Source of the DNA: Methanobacteriota archaeon
GTDB lineage: Archaea; Thermoplasmatota; Poseidoniia; Poseidoniales; Poseidoniaceae
Direction of reading: 5' to 3'
DNA: 64,000 nucleotides
Assembly: GCA_018650165.1 (NCBI GenBank)
Contig: JABIGM010000041.1
Span: 22,229 to 86,228, forward strand
Both the position numbers and the translations under genes were made by a program. The notes beneath the pieces were generated by a model that was not told where the DNA came from, made no database searches, and saw only the letters and a program-made list of their open reading frames with translations. This document shows positions 33,524 to 43,953 of this stretch, in pieces (position 1 is the first letter of the stretch; each line of letters starts with the position of its first letter).

Positions 33524-34624
33524 TTGACAAAGAAATATGACCGAGACGTAATTGTTATCGGAGGCGGTCCCGCTGGAAGTACAGTCGCTCGCTATGCTGC
33601 GATTGGAGGCGCAAATGTTCTGGTAATCGATGGAAGAGACCCTATTGGAACACCACTACAATGCGGAGAATTGGTTCCTAGTAATGATGAAATGAGACGT
33701 CTATGCCCTGGTGTGCCAGATATGGATGATCTATTCAGAACTCCCGAATCGGCAATTTCTAGGCATTCAAAGCATATGCATCTTGTTCCCCCATCAGGTA
33801 AGCCACTAAAGTTCGATTTCGATGGTTATGTCTTGAATCGTGTAGCGCATGATGAATTCTTGGTTGAATTAGCGAAAGAATCAGGGGCAGAATTCCTAAT
33901 AAATTCGAGAGTCGATAAGGTGGATGGGCAGCGAGTCGTGTTGCGAAACGGTGACTCCTACAGTGCTAAAATTATTGTAGATGCAGGAGGTCATAATGGC
34001 CCAATAAGACGTGATTATTGGAATGAGAAATCTACAAAAATTCCTGTAAAATTCGTTCTGATGGATGGTGATTTTGGAGAAGCAGTAGAACTTCACTTTG
34101 GTTCAATGGCCCCCGGTGGTTATGCCTGGATGTTCCCCAAAGAGAAGGGCGCAAACATTGGCCTCGGAATACAACGTAATTTTGCTAAGGGGCGCAGTCT
34201 TAACCAGTGCACTGAACAATTTATTTCAAAATATAATGGAGAAGTTACATTCAATGGAGCCGGCTCATTACCAATGTCTGGCACAATTAAGAAATTTGTA
34301 AAAGGCAATTACATGTTGGTTGGAGATTCTGCTGGAATGGTTCTACCTTCGAATGGCGCAGGTATTACAATTGCAATGATAGGTGGAAGAATCGCTGGCC
34401 AAGTAATCACTGAGAATTTATCGTCGGGCGTTCCTTTAGAAGAATATGAGTTACGTTGGAAAAAGCAAATGGGTAAAGTGATGAGTAATTCCAAACGTTC
34501 TTTCAAACTTGGAAGCCTACTATTTAGATTGCCAGATTGGATTCTAAATTTGATGTTTAATCGATTGACAAAAGGAATAATTTGGCGAGCGGTTACTTGT
34601 CGTAGGATGTTTTGGATATTCTAG
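33524..34624 (+). CDS. Geranylgeranyl reductase family flavoprotein (archaeal lipid saturation)
   Basis: VIVIGGGPAGS FAD motif and LVGDSAGMVLPSNGAGI. TTG start preceded by GTGAGGTG. Confidence 0.85.
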   Translation: MTKKYDRDVIVIGGGPAGSTVARYAAIGGANVLVIDGRDPIGTPLQCGELVPSNDEMRRLCPGVPDMDDLFRTPESAISRHSKHMHLVPPSGKPLKFDFDGYVLNRVAHDEFLVELAKESGAEFLINSRVDKVDGQRVVLRNGDSYSAKIIVDAGGHNGPIRRDYWNEKSTKIPVKFVLMDGDFGEAVELHFGSMAPGGYAWMFPKEKGANIGLGIQRNFAKGRSLNQCTEQFISKYNGEVTFNGAGSLPMSGTIKKFVKGNYMLVGDSAGMVLPSNGAGITIAMIGGRIAGQVITENLSSGVPLEEYELRWKKQMGKVMSNSKRSFKLGSLLFRLPDWILNLMFNRLTKGIIWRAVTCRRMFWIF

Positions 34625-34706
34625 GTTCAATCAATACGTTAGAGATTGGAAGGATTGACCGGTAAATAAGCGGTTGATTCAAGTGGCTTACATGCGAGGG
34701 GGTTCC

Positions 34707-35189
34707 ATGCAGCGAGATGATGATGCGGTTAGCCCGGTCATCGCAACCGTATTGCTACTTGCAATTACTGTTCTACTTTCAAGCATGGTTTTCGTGATGA
34801 TGGCTTCGACATTAGACAATGTTGAGAAGGCAGCACCAAAGGGTTCAGTCTCGGTTAGAGCACTCTCTAACGGCTACCATGTAGTATCAATTACAAGCCT
34901 TGACCAATCGCTTGACCCTTCTAAGGTTCAATGGTCGATTGTCAATCTAACCGATGAGAGTGTTACCGAACATACAGGATTTGTTGATGATTCAGAGGTA
35001 TATGGTACGGTTGGTGCCAACATTTCATTCCACGATAGAGATGCGGGTTGGTCACTAACCAAAGGCGACTATTTCGTTATTAATTGTCAATTAATTGATT
35101 GTAATAGTGGAAATCATTACTTCCAACTTGTAGACACTGGAAGTAATACCTTGATGGCTAAAATCAGGCTTCCTGCAATTGATGCCTAA
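34707..35189 (+). CDS. Archaeal type IV pilin-like protein (class III signal peptide)
   Basis: MQRDDDAVSPVIATVLLLAITVLLSSMVFVMMAS is a typical archaeal pilin/archaellin-like N-terminus. SD GAGGGGG lies 4 nt upstream of ATG 34707; the ORF opens at 34674. Confidence 0.75.
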   Translation: MQRDDDAVSPVIATVLLLAITVLLSSMVFVMMASTLDNVEKAAPKGSVSVRALSNGYHVVSITSLDQSLDPSKVQWSIVNLTDESVTEHTGFVDDSEVYGTVGANISFHDRDAGWSLTKGDYFVINCQLIDCNSGNHYFQLVDTGSNTLMAKIRLPAIDA

Positions 35190-36190
35190 CCACCAATAAA
35201 GGACATCTCGACCTTTTTATGTTCGGCACTTCCACGGTTTTGTGAATATGCATCATCTCTTTTTGTCCAGATTGATCTAACAGCATCAGCAATCTGTTCT
35301 TTTGTTGCATCCATACGGATGAGAGCTTTCAAATCACTACCGCTTGAAGCAAACAAACAGGTGTACAGAGCCCCATCGGCAGAAATACGTGCACGGTTAC
35401 ATTCTCCGCAGAAGGGCTTTGATACACTTTCAATAAATCCTATTTCCTGACTTCCACGAAGGAATCGATTAGCAACTTCCCCAGTATGGTTGGCTTTTAG
35501 CGGTTTGAGTTCATCAAACATTTGCTGCATCATTTCACCAGTAATTACTTCATCGAGATTCCAAGAATTAGTTTGACCTACATCCATGAACTCAATATAT
35601 CTAACAATCACATCACTTCCAATAAATCGGTCGGCGACCATCTTTACTGAATGTTCATTATATCCGGCCCGAATTACTGTGTTTACCTTTACTTCAAGTC
35701 CGGCCTTACGTGCAGCCTCTATTCCCCGCAATACCGTTTCAGGCACCTCATCAGTATCCCCCATTGCTTGGAATGTTTCAACATCGATAGCATCCAAAGA
35801 AACAGTAACTCGATCAAGCCCGGAGTTTGCTAAATCTTGAGAAAATTTTTCTAGTAATATTCCATTAGTAGTCATTGCCAAGTCTAGTTCTTGTGGAAGC
35901 ATTTTGATGAATTTACAGATGTCCTTTCTCAACAACGGCTCGCCCCCAGTCAAACGGACTTTTGAAAGTCCCAGAGGGATTAGAGATTCTACAACAGTTG
36001 CTAATTCTTCATATGAAAGAATTTCTTTCTTGGCTAAGAACTCATGGTTAGTATCAAAATGTTCCCTTGGCATACAATATCTACATCGCATATTGCATCT
36101 GTCGGTCAGAGATATTCTCAAGTCCCGTAACGGCCGGTTACGCATATCTCTGACCATATTTCTCGCTGTTGCAAACCCGCACTTCAACAT
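35186..36190 (-). CDS. moaA: GTP 3',8-cyclase (molybdenum cofactor biosynthesis protein A)
   Basis: LRISLTDRCNMRCRYCMP radical-SAM cluster and a second cluster FCGECNRARISADGALYTCLF. The C-terminus ends in GG. The true start may be ATG 36157 or 36145. Confidence 0.93.
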   Translation of the reverse strand: MLKCGFATARNMVRDMRNRPLRDLRISLTDRCNMRCRYCMPREHFDTNHEFLAKKEILSYEELATVVESLIPLGLSKVRLTGGEPLLRKDICKFIKMLPQELDLAMTTNGILLEKFSQDLANSGLDRVTVSLDAIDVETFQAMGDTDEVPETVLRGIEAARKAGLEVKVNTVIRAGYNEHSVKMVADRFIGSDVIVRYIEFMDVGQTNSWNLDEVITGEMMQQMFDELKPLKANHTGEVANRFLRGSQEIGFIESVSKPFCGECNRARISADGALYTCLFASSGSDLKALIRMDATKEQIADAVRSIWTKRDDAYSQNRGSAEHKKVEMSFIGG

Positions 36191-37440
36191 GTGCCTTGGA
36201 TGACTTCATGTTCCAGCACCATCTCGCCCTCGCAATGGGGGTTGCTAAAGACGATGCTCCAACCATTGGAGTGGAAGGCACAGATGTTCTTGTCATCGAG
36301 CCTAGTACCCTTTCTGGTGCACTAAAATTACCGCCTTCAAAGAGCCATGCCATGAGGTGGATCACACTCGCAAGTATGGATAAAACTCCAACTCGAATCG
36401 GCATGTGGGAAACCGGAAGAGATGTAAAATCCCTAATCGATTCATTCAGTAAACTTGGAATCTCCTGGAATGGGGATTCAATAGTGGGTGGAAACCTTAC
36501 TATTCCAAAAGAAGTATTGGATTGTGGCAATAGTGGAACCGCTCTTCGTTTCATGATAGCTCAAGCATCTACTTGTGGATTTGAAATAACAATTGATGGC
36601 GATGCAAGCCTTCGTGCAAGGAGTTCCTTACATCTAATTGAATCGCTCGGTGTATCATGTCAAAAAGCATCTACTGATTGTGAATATCCGCTTACAGTTG
36701 TAGGCCCATTTGCTAAACTAGTCGTTGGGATAGATGTTGCAAAAACATCTCAATTTCATTCAGCAATACTGCTTATGGCACCTCGAACTAGTGGATTTGA
36801 AATTATCACTGAAGGGGATGCGGTTTCGCGCCAACACTCAGCATTGACCTGGCGGCTATGTCAGCAGACAGGTGCGATAGTGCCAGGGGCTCCTTGGATA
36901 GTAAATTGTCCTGATGTCGAGATTCCCCCTGATGCATCGATGATGGCATTTGCTAAGCTAGCAAACTTAGATGTGTCAAATCCTCCATCAGTCTCGGAAT
37001 CCATTGGTCATTCATTAGAAAAAAGTGATCTCCGTGATTCAAACGACTTGATAACGCCAATGGCAGCATGGCTTTCAATGGCAGAGGGAGGGGTAATCTC
37101 TCATGCCGCTCATGCTGCTCACAAAGAATCAAACCGAATTACAAAGACTGTTGAAATGCTTTCAAAATTCGGCATTGTAGCATCGGTTAACTCTGATGGA
37201 ATTACAATTTCAGGTGGGCAGGTGCCACATAAGCCCAAAGAAATGGTAGAAACATATGGAGACCATCGTATTCAGATGACTGCGATAGTATTGGCTAGTA
37301 TTTGTGGTGGAACTATTGAAGGATGTAATCTGCACGAAATCGCTTGGCCATCATATCTCAAACAATTACAGGACTGCGGCCTCAAAGTTACTCTGCAACC
37401 ATTCATCCATGACGGCCAAAGTGATGGTCGAGCGCATTGA
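36169..37440 (+). CDS. aroA: 3-phosphoshikimate 1-carboxyvinyltransferase (EPSP synthase)
   Basis: LPPSKSHAMRW, GNSGTALRF and YGDHRIQMT. The true start is probably ATG 36208 or 36232. The 3' end overlaps the mutL 3' end by 38 nt. Confidence 0.9.
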   Translation: MQTRTSTCALDDFMFQHHLALAMGVAKDDAPTIGVEGTDVLVIEPSTLSGALKLPPSKSHAMRWITLASMDKTPTRIGMWETGRDVKSLIDSFSKLGISWNGDSIVGGNLTIPKEVLDCGNSGTALRFMIAQASTCGFEITIDGDASLRARSSLHLIESLGVSCQKASTDCEYPLTVVGPFAKLVVGIDVAKTSQFHSAILLMAPRTSGFEIITEGDAVSRQHSALTWRLCQQTGAIVPGAPWIVNCPDVEIPPDASMMAFAKLANLDVSNPPSVSESIGHSLEKSDLRDSNDLITPMAAWLSMAEGGVISHAAHAAHKESNRITKTVEMLSKFGIVASVNSDGITISGGQVPHKPKEMVETYGDHRIQMTAIVLASICGGTIEGCNLHEIAWPSYLKQLQDCGLKVTLQPFIHDGQSDGRAH

Positions 37441-39304
37441 GTGGTATTCGCATCGCAGTAGGCCTTCCATGCACACAAGCCCAAGGGTTTGGAATTCGAC
37501 GCATATCATCTAGGAGTCTTCGCATTTGTGCGATATTCAATCTTTCATTTGCTTTGACTGCTCCACGACAAGCATTGAGGAATGCGAGGTGATCTTTACG
37601 CTGCTCCACAGTTTCTAGTGGTGCTCCATCTTCGCTCATATCGAGTAAAATATCGTGTATGAATGGCTCTAATTCATTGGCTGAAAGTAATGCAGGTGCG
37701 CTATTTATAGAAAACCCACCGTTGGTGGGCTCTATGACAAAACCCATTGCTGTCAAATCATCGATACGAGCTTCTAATCTCGCAATTTGTCTAGCATCCA
37801 ATTCTAGTGGAACCGAACTAATACGCTCTTGGGCCTGCCAAAGGCTCTCATCATGACGCAATCTTTCGTATCGGACTCTTTCATGAAGTGCGTGTTGGTC
37901 AATTAGGAGTAATTCTTCATCGGCTTGAACTAGAATGTACGAATCAGCGAATTGTGCTAGGGGCTCCATTGCAGGGAGGTCGTTGATTACTGGGCCTAGC
38001 GGTTCAGAATTCTCAGGGTCTTCTGCATTAAATCCTGCATGCCGATGTAACTCCCTTTCACCACTTGAAAGGGCAGGTGACACTGCTTTCAATCCAGTAA
38101 TTGTGGTCTGTGAAGATTCAGATACCGATACCGGTCTTGCCTTTTCGGTGATGTTGACTTCCACCGGTTTCTCCCCCGAAAGAGAAATTTGTGCAGTTTG
38201 TGCCCAAGCGGGCTTCTCGACATTCCTTTTTTCAGTTGTTTGTGGAGCTAAGGACGTAATTCCAGTGATTCCTCCACTGGATTCCGGCTCAGTAGGAGTT
38301 GATTCCAATGTGTGTGCGATTGCTCGTTCCAGCCTTTCCAAGACCCGCCAAGAGTGTCTTAGCCTTACTTCTCGCTTTGTGGGATGAACATTCACATCAA
38401 CTTCATCAGGTGGTAATTCAAGCAACAGAACCGCAACAGGATGTCTTCCTTGCATTAATCTAGTTCTGTAACCTCTGCGTATTGATTGTAAAAAAGGTTG
38501 AGCGGCGACTGGTCTACCATTAATCAAAATATGAATGTCATCGCCTTTTCCTCTTGTGATATCAGGCGTAGAGATCCATCCGCGCCAATTCTCATCTCCT
38601 GGTGCATCATCATCGCTCGAAGGAGATGAGATTTCAATCATCCTTCCTGCCTGACGGCCTAAAATATCGTAGAGCCTGTCTTCCATTTCATCGACGGCAG
38701 GAACTTCAAGAATGATTTTTTCATCACTTACTAACCGAAATCCCACTTCTGGATGACTGATTGCATGTGAAACAACAACATCGACAATTCGACTGGTTTC
38801 TGTGGCGGGACGTCGTTGAAAGGCAAGCCTTGCTGGTTGGTTAATGAAAATGTGTGAGACCTCAATACAGGTCCCCTCAGCAATTCCTGCAGGTTCGGTC
38901 TTGCCTTTGTCACCATTGTCCATTACAATTCTGCACCCCTCGGTCCCGAGAGGGCGGCTAGATATCGATAATTTACTGACCATTCCAATACTAGCTAATG
39001 CTTCCCCACGAAACCCTAAGGTACCAATTGCAGCTAAATCAGCCTGACTTCTCAGTTTGCTTGTAGCATGCCTGTCCAATGCCAATGGTAGGTCTTCTGA
39101 ATGTATACCAGAGCCATCATCAAGAATCCGTATCAAATCAAAGCCCCCTCGCTCGACATCGATTGTAATTTTATTAGCACCGGCATCTATCGAATTTTCA
39201 ATTAATTCCTTTACTACCTGTGCAGGCCTTTCAACGACTTCTCCGGCTGCAATGTGCCCAATTGTCCTTTCATCGAGTTGAATTATACGGGGCTGTTCTC
39301 TCAT
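37403..39304 (-). CDS. mutL: DNA mismatch repair protein MutL (endonuclease-type)
   Basis: GHKL motifs ELIENSIDAG, DDGSGI and LGFRGEAL. Endonuclease motif DQHALHERVRYE (DQHAx2Ex4E). C-terminal CVHGRPT. Confidence 0.95.
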   Translation of the reverse strand: MREQPRIIQLDERTIGHIAAGEVVERPAQVVKELIENSIDAGANKITIDVERGGFDLIRILDDGSGIHSEDLPLALDRHATSKLRSQADLAAIGTLGFRGEALASIGMVSKLSISSRPLGTEGCRIVMDNGDKGKTEPAGIAEGTCIEVSHIFINQPARLAFQRRPATETSRIVDVVVSHAISHPEVGFRLVSDEKIILEVPAVDEMEDRLYDILGRQAGRMIEISSPSSDDDAPGDENWRGWISTPDITRGKGDDIHILINGRPVAAQPFLQSIRRGYRTRLMQGRHPVAVLLLELPPDEVDVNVHPTKREVRLRHSWRVLERLERAIAHTLESTPTEPESSGGITGITSLAPQTTEKRNVEKPAWAQTAQISLSGEKPVEVNITEKARPVSVSESSQTTITGLKAVSPALSSGERELHRHAGFNAEDPENSEPLGPVINDLPAMEPLAQFADSYILVQADEELLLIDQHALHERVRYERLRHDESLWQAQERISSVPLELDARQIARLEARIDDLTAMGFVIEPTNGGFSINSAPALLSANELEPFIHDILLDMSEDGAPLETVEQRKDHLAFLNACRGAVKANERLNIAQMRRLLDDMRRIPNPWACVHGRPTAMRIPLNALDHHFGRHG

Positions 39305-41922
39305 TGTCTACCCTCCAATATTCTTTGCAATTCATACAACGCTTCATGGGCTTGTCTAGGACTCAAAGCATCGGGGTCGATATTTGTAAGTGCGGATTTG
39401 AGGGCCTCTCCAAGAGCGTCCTTTTCAACTTTGATTTGAGGCTGTCCAACAAACCCAAGCAATGATGCTTGACCAGCACTTCTTGCAGTTGGCGCACCCT
39501 TTTCTCCTGCTTTAGCGCCATGTGCTTGTTGTTCAAGGAATCCAAGTAAGTCATTGGAACGCTCAACTACATGGCGTGGCAATCCTGCTAAAGCAGCAAC
39601 CTGCACTCCATATGAATCGTCGCATGGACCATCTGCAACAGTGTGCAGGAATTTCAATTCTCCATCAGATTCAGCGACCTGGACATGGACATTTACTAGG
39701 CCTTCGGCTTCACCTTCTAAGCCAATCAATTGGTGATAATGAGTTGCAAATAAGGTTCTAGCACCGATTCTACGACAGATATCTTCAGTCACCGACCAAG
39801 CAATAGAAAGTCCATCAAAAGTAGATGTGCCTCTGCCAATTTCATCTAGGAGTAGCAATGATTTTTCTGAAGAACGTTTGAGGATATGGGCCACTTCCAT
39901 CATTTCCATCATAAATGTCGAACGTCCTCTTCGAATGTCATCGGAGGCTCCCACTCTTGTGAATATACGATCTACCATTCCAACTTGAGCACTACTTGCT
40001 GGTACGAAAGAACCTGCTTGAGCCAATATCGATAACAAAGCAGCACATCGTAAATGAGTAGATTTACCACCCATGTTGGGACCAGTAATCAGTAAAAATC
40101 GACGTTTTTTATCTAGGCGGATATCATTTGGAACAAAGCCTGGTTGCGTTTCTAAAACCGGATGACGTACACCCTTTGCCACTAACCGATTATCATCATG
40201 AATCGTGGGACGGTTCCATGACCGATTTCTTGCAACCTCTGCAAAACATTGCAGAACATCGATTTGAGCAACATTGGAACTGATCATACCTAGGGTTCTA
40301 GATTTCTCTTTACACCGGTCTCTAAGATCTCTAAACATATCATATTCCATGCTATTTGCTTTGGATGCGGCAGTCAGCAACCGGTCTTCCCATTCGATTA
40401 ATTCATCAGTGATATATCGGCTTCCAGTCGTCATCTGTTGCTTTCGTTTCCATTCTTCTGGAACCTTTGATTGATGAGTATTTGTAACTTCGATAAACCA
40501 ACCAATCTGTCGATTATGTTTGACTTTCAGTGATGGTATCTCGAGACGTGCTCTTTCCTGAGATTCGAAATCTTTGAACCATTTATGGCCGACTGCTGCA
40601 TCCCTTCTCAATTCATCCAATGTTGAATCAACGCCTTCTCTAATCAAGCCACCATCTCGCAATGAAAGCGGTTGTTCATCATTCAGATTTGCTTGGATAT
40701 CTATCCTCATTACTTCTAAAATTTCGAGGTTGGTCGACAGACTACCCAGTAGTGCATCATCCATTTCCTGACATAAGGACTTGAGGCGAGGCATCCGTTC
40801 TAATGCCAGGCCTATTGCAACTATGTCACGACTACCAGAACGATTGTACGATAATTGAGTGGCTAACCTTTCCATGTCGCGAAGTCCACGAAGGCTTGTT
40901 CTAATCTCGTCTAGACGGCGAGAAGAACGTGCTAGTGACGCTACGGCATCTTGCCGTGCTTCTATTTCGCCTTTATGCGCCAAAGGCCTCAGAAGCCATT
41001 GTTTGAGCATTCTACGACCCATGGAGGTCTTGCAACTGTCAATAGCGCCAAGAAGAGAGCCTTCCTTCTCTCCAGCTAAGGTTTGAGTTAATTCGAGATT
41101 ACGGAGAGTTGTTTGGTCGAGAACCATGTTTCCTTCAGGACGCATGATTTCAACTTCTCTAACATCGACCGTGTCTACGATGTGCATGGCTGCAAGATAG
41201 TCAGCCGCCAATCCTGCAGCATCCATTGCTAAAGGGGAATCATCGAGATCTATATGCCCTAAATCAGCAACCTCAAGGATGTTTTTCAAGGCATCTTGGC
41301 CTTTTCGTTTTGATGAACTATGTTGTGATAGTGTGACACCATCCAGTTGTGAAATGACTTTCCGCACCTCATCTCTATCCGCATCCCGTGGAGAAAATAT
41401 TACTTCACGCGGATTACTTCGTAACAAATCATCAAGCAATCTGTCCCACCTCTCATCTCCATGGTGCTCCATTGTCCAGATGTGGCCAGTAGATGCATCG
41501 AGTATAGCAAGGCCAACGCCATCTGCTTTTACACAAATAGCCGCCATGCCCACTACTTCATCAGTGCCAATCAAACTTTCTTCGTATAATGAACCAGGTG
41601 TGTATACTCTGGTCACAACACGTTCAAGCAATTTCGCACCTTCTCGTAATTCCTCCTCTTGTTCTGCAACACAGACCTTGTGTCCCGCTTGCAACATTTG
41701 TCGGAGATTATCTTCCAGTGCGTGCCACGGAAAGCCAGCCATCGGAATTGGCTTCTCGGCTTTCTTGTCCCGGCTTGTAAGTGTCAGACCCAATACTTCT
41801 GATGAGGCCACTGCATCGTCATGGAACTGCTCATAGAAATCCCCCATCCGGAAGAATAGAACGGAATCAGGGTGCTCCGCTTTGATGTCCATATACTGGT
41901 CCATCATTCCTCTTTTCGCCAT
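39301..41922 (-). CDS. mutS: DNA mismatch repair protein MutS (MutS1 type)
   Basis: Mismatch-binding GDFYE, Walker A GPNMGGKST, DEIGRGTSTFDG and THYH. The 3' end overlaps the mutL start by 4 nt. Confidence 0.97.
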   Translation of the reverse strand: MAKRGMMDQYMDIKAEHPDSVLFFRMGDFYEQFHDDAVASSEVLGLTLTSRDKKAEKPIPMAGFPWHALEDNLRQMLQAGHKVCVAEQEEELREGAKLLERVVTRVYTPGSLYEESLIGTDEVVGMAAICVKADGVGLAILDASTGHIWTMEHHGDERWDRLLDDLLRSNPREVIFSPRDADRDEVRKVISQLDGVTLSQHSSSKRKGQDALKNILEVADLGHIDLDDSPLAMDAAGLAADYLAAMHIVDTVDVREVEIMRPEGNMVLDQTTLRNLELTQTLAGEKEGSLLGAIDSCKTSMGRRMLKQWLLRPLAHKGEIEARQDAVASLARSSRRLDEIRTSLRGLRDMERLATQLSYNRSGSRDIVAIGLALERMPRLKSLCQEMDDALLGSLSTNLEILEVMRIDIQANLNDEQPLSLRDGGLIREGVDSTLDELRRDAAVGHKWFKDFESQERARLEIPSLKVKHNRQIGWFIEVTNTHQSKVPEEWKRKQQMTTGSRYITDELIEWEDRLLTAASKANSMEYDMFRDLRDRCKEKSRTLGMISSNVAQIDVLQCFAEVARNRSWNRPTIHDDNRLVAKGVRHPVLETQPGFVPNDIRLDKKRRFLLITGPNMGGKSTHLRCAALLSILAQAGSFVPASSAQVGMVDRIFTRVGASDDIRRGRSTFMMEMMEVAHILKRSSEKSLLLLDEIGRGTSTFDGLSIAWSVTEDICRRIGARTLFATHYHQLIGLEGEAEGLVNVHVQVAESDGELKFLHTVADGPCDDSYGVQVAALAGLPRHVVERSNDLLGFLEQQAHGAKAGEKGAPTARSAGQASLLGFVGQPQIKVEKDALGEALKSALTNIDPDALSPRQAHEALYELQRILEGRQ

Positions 41923-42026
41923 CGAGACCCACCCATCGCTTGCGCTAGAGTTGTTCCACTTCGACGGGGGTTCGTAAATGATGCCCTTGGAAATTACTTA
42001 TTACAAGCAAATGGTTAGTGATTTAC

Positions 42027-43172
42027 TCAGAAAACTTCGCCTTTACGAATTGCATCGGTTATATTCCATCCCATCATTCCAATAATTAAGAGTGAAGCAA
42101 GAATAAATCCGAGATCCATAATTCCTCTCATGCTAGTAATAGAGACTCTTGCATTGCTATCTATAGATATGGCCGAAGGTGAATCTCCGACGTCTACTCC
42201 ATAAATTGAAATAATTCCGTCTGAATCACAGACAACATAAGTTGGCAAGATGTCAAGTGGTTCAGGTAATTTTTCTACGCTAATATCATCACCAGAAATA
42301 ATCGCTACTGACATGGAATGGAGTGAACCGAATAACCACACATCATTGTTATTGTCGCCTACTGCGGTAAAACTAGAGATTCCTAATGATGTAACTTTAT
42401 CTTCGATTATTGAGATTGTGTCTGCAGTACCGGTTGCGATGTAGCCGTCATCGGTCGCAAAGATACCATGTATGCGCCCTTCGTCTCCCATGTGCACAAT
42501 TTCTGTTACAGGTGAGTTAGAGGTGCCATCCCAATGAACTGAAAGGATTAATTCAAACATTGGAGGCGATGCAGGATTAGTTCCAAGCCAGTTTGCTGGT
42601 GCTTGCCAAGCTCCACCAACAAGCCAACCGCTTTCAGTAGGCGTTACTACACCTAAGTGCATGTTACCTTCATGGTTTGTCGTATTGGATGCACCTCCAC
42701 CAGAAATATTCATCGCAGCAATTGAATTGGTAGTGCCTTCCTGGGTAATAACCAACATTTGGTTGAGGTTATTTGGTGACAGTTGTGATGCCGTAATATC
42801 GCGTCCAAGACTCATCGGAATCCAACCCCAGCCCTCTGGGTGGTCCTCTTCTGAAAACCAGATCAGGCCTTCCTGTCCTAAGCATGCAAATGTGATGTGG
42901 CCATGCTGGACTAGGCAAGTGGCATATGAGGCACTATCTGTGAATCCATTCAAGGATACATTCATCCCATTTTCAGTTTGGTAGAGTATGGCATCTCCTG
43001 CGGAATCGACTATAGTACCTTCAACATTCAGTTGTCCGCCTTCATGAACTCCCGATAATTCATTGGAAGAATCGATTAACAGTGCGCCTATTATGATAAT
43101 AATAGTGAACACTGCAAATGATAGCCACTGATGTTCGGATTCCTCTTTAAGGAGTCTGCGCCAGTCCGTCAT
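42027..43172 (-). CDS. Hypothetical membrane-anchored extracellular protein (beta-propeller-like repeats)
   Basis: The probable start ATG 43172 is preceded by AGGAG and gives the TM LSFAVFTIIIIIGALLI. There is a C-terminal TM LGFILASLLIIGMMGW and repeated beta-rich D-G motifs. The longer ORF to 43295 would overlap rpl10e. Confidence 0.55.
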   Translation of the reverse strand: MTDWRRLLKEESEHQWLSFAVFTIIIIIGALLIDSSNELSGVHEGGQLNVEGTIVDSAGDAILYQTENGMNVSLNGFTDSASYATCLVQHGHITFACLGQEGLIWFSEEDHPEGWGWIPMSLGRDITASQLSPNNLNQMLVITQEGTTNSIAAMNISGGGASNTTNHEGNMHLGVVTPTESGWLVGGAWQAPANWLGTNPASPPMFELILSVHWDGTSNSPVTEIVHMGDEGRIHGIFATDDGYIATGTADTISIIEDKVTSLGISSFTAVGDNNNDVWLFGSLHSMSVAIISGDDISVEKLPEPLDILPTYVVCDSDGIISIYGVDVGDSPSAISIDSNARVSITSMRGIMDLGFILASLLIIGMMGWNITDAIRKGEVF

Positions 43173-43288
43173 TACATACTCCTGATAGAGCCCTATCCAT
43201 GACCTTTCCGCTAAGTGACAACATTTCTGGCGCATCGGTATGGTCAAATAGGGATGGTCGGTCGCAAACTCGTTCGGAGGTATCAAGC

Positions 43289-43828
43289 ATGGCACGTAAG
43301 CCCGCAGTAATGTATCGCAGACTCAAGGGTCCAGCGTATACTCGTCGCAAGTATATCGGCGGTGTGCCAAACAACCGTATCCTCAATTTCTACGCCGGTA
43401 ACCGCCGTGCTGCAGAAACAGGAGAGTTCCTTATGGAACTAAATCTGATTGCTGATGAATCATGTCAGATTCGCCACACTGCTCTTGAAGCAGCTCGTGT
43501 TATATCCAATTCAACAATCAGGAGTGTAGCGGGTGTAGATAATTACGCACTACGTGTCCACACCTACCCTCATCACATCCTTCGTGAGAATAAGCAGGCT
43601 ACAGGTGCGGGTGCAGACCGTGTTTCTCAAGGAATGCGCTGTGCATTCGGAAAGAATGTCGGTACTGCTGCACGTGTAAAGCGTGGACAGCGTGTTATCT
43701 CAATACAATTCAAACCAGAAAATTATCTGGTTGCAAAGGATGCACTGCGTAAGGCTAGCATGAAGTTCCCAACTCCATGTACTACCAAGTTGATTCGTGG
43801 ACACGAGCACGTCAAGGGATTGGTCTGA
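43289..43828 (+). CDS. rpl10e: 50S ribosomal protein L10e (uL16)
   Basis: MARKPAVMYRRLKGPAYTRRKYIGGVP is the canonical L10e N-terminus. ATG at 43289. Confidence 0.93.
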   Translation: MARKPAVMYRRLKGPAYTRRKYIGGVPNNRILNFYAGNRRAAETGEFLMELNLIADESCQIRHTALEAARVISNSTIRSVAGVDNYALRVHTYPHHILRENKQATGAGADRVSQGMRCAFGKNVGTAARVKRGQRVISIQFKPENYLVAKDALRKASMKFPTPCTTKLIRGHEHVKGLV

Positions 43829-43860
43829 TACACTTTACTTGCCTTGGCAAGATGGTGAAA

Positions 43861-43880
43861 CCTTTGCATTACTGCAAAGG
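43861..43880 (+). terminator. 8-bp hairpin (cctttgca-TTAC-tgcaaagg) downstream of rpl10e, preceded by a smaller palindrome at 43838-43851
   Basis: The inverted repeats were read directly. They lie in a 125-nt spacer between rpl10e and ABCE1. Function is inferred from position only. Confidence 0.35.
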
Positions 43881-43953
43881 GCATTGAATTGCCATAACTA
43901 CCGGCTGATTCATGAACAACACTAGACAAGACGAATTTACAGGAGGGTAAAGT

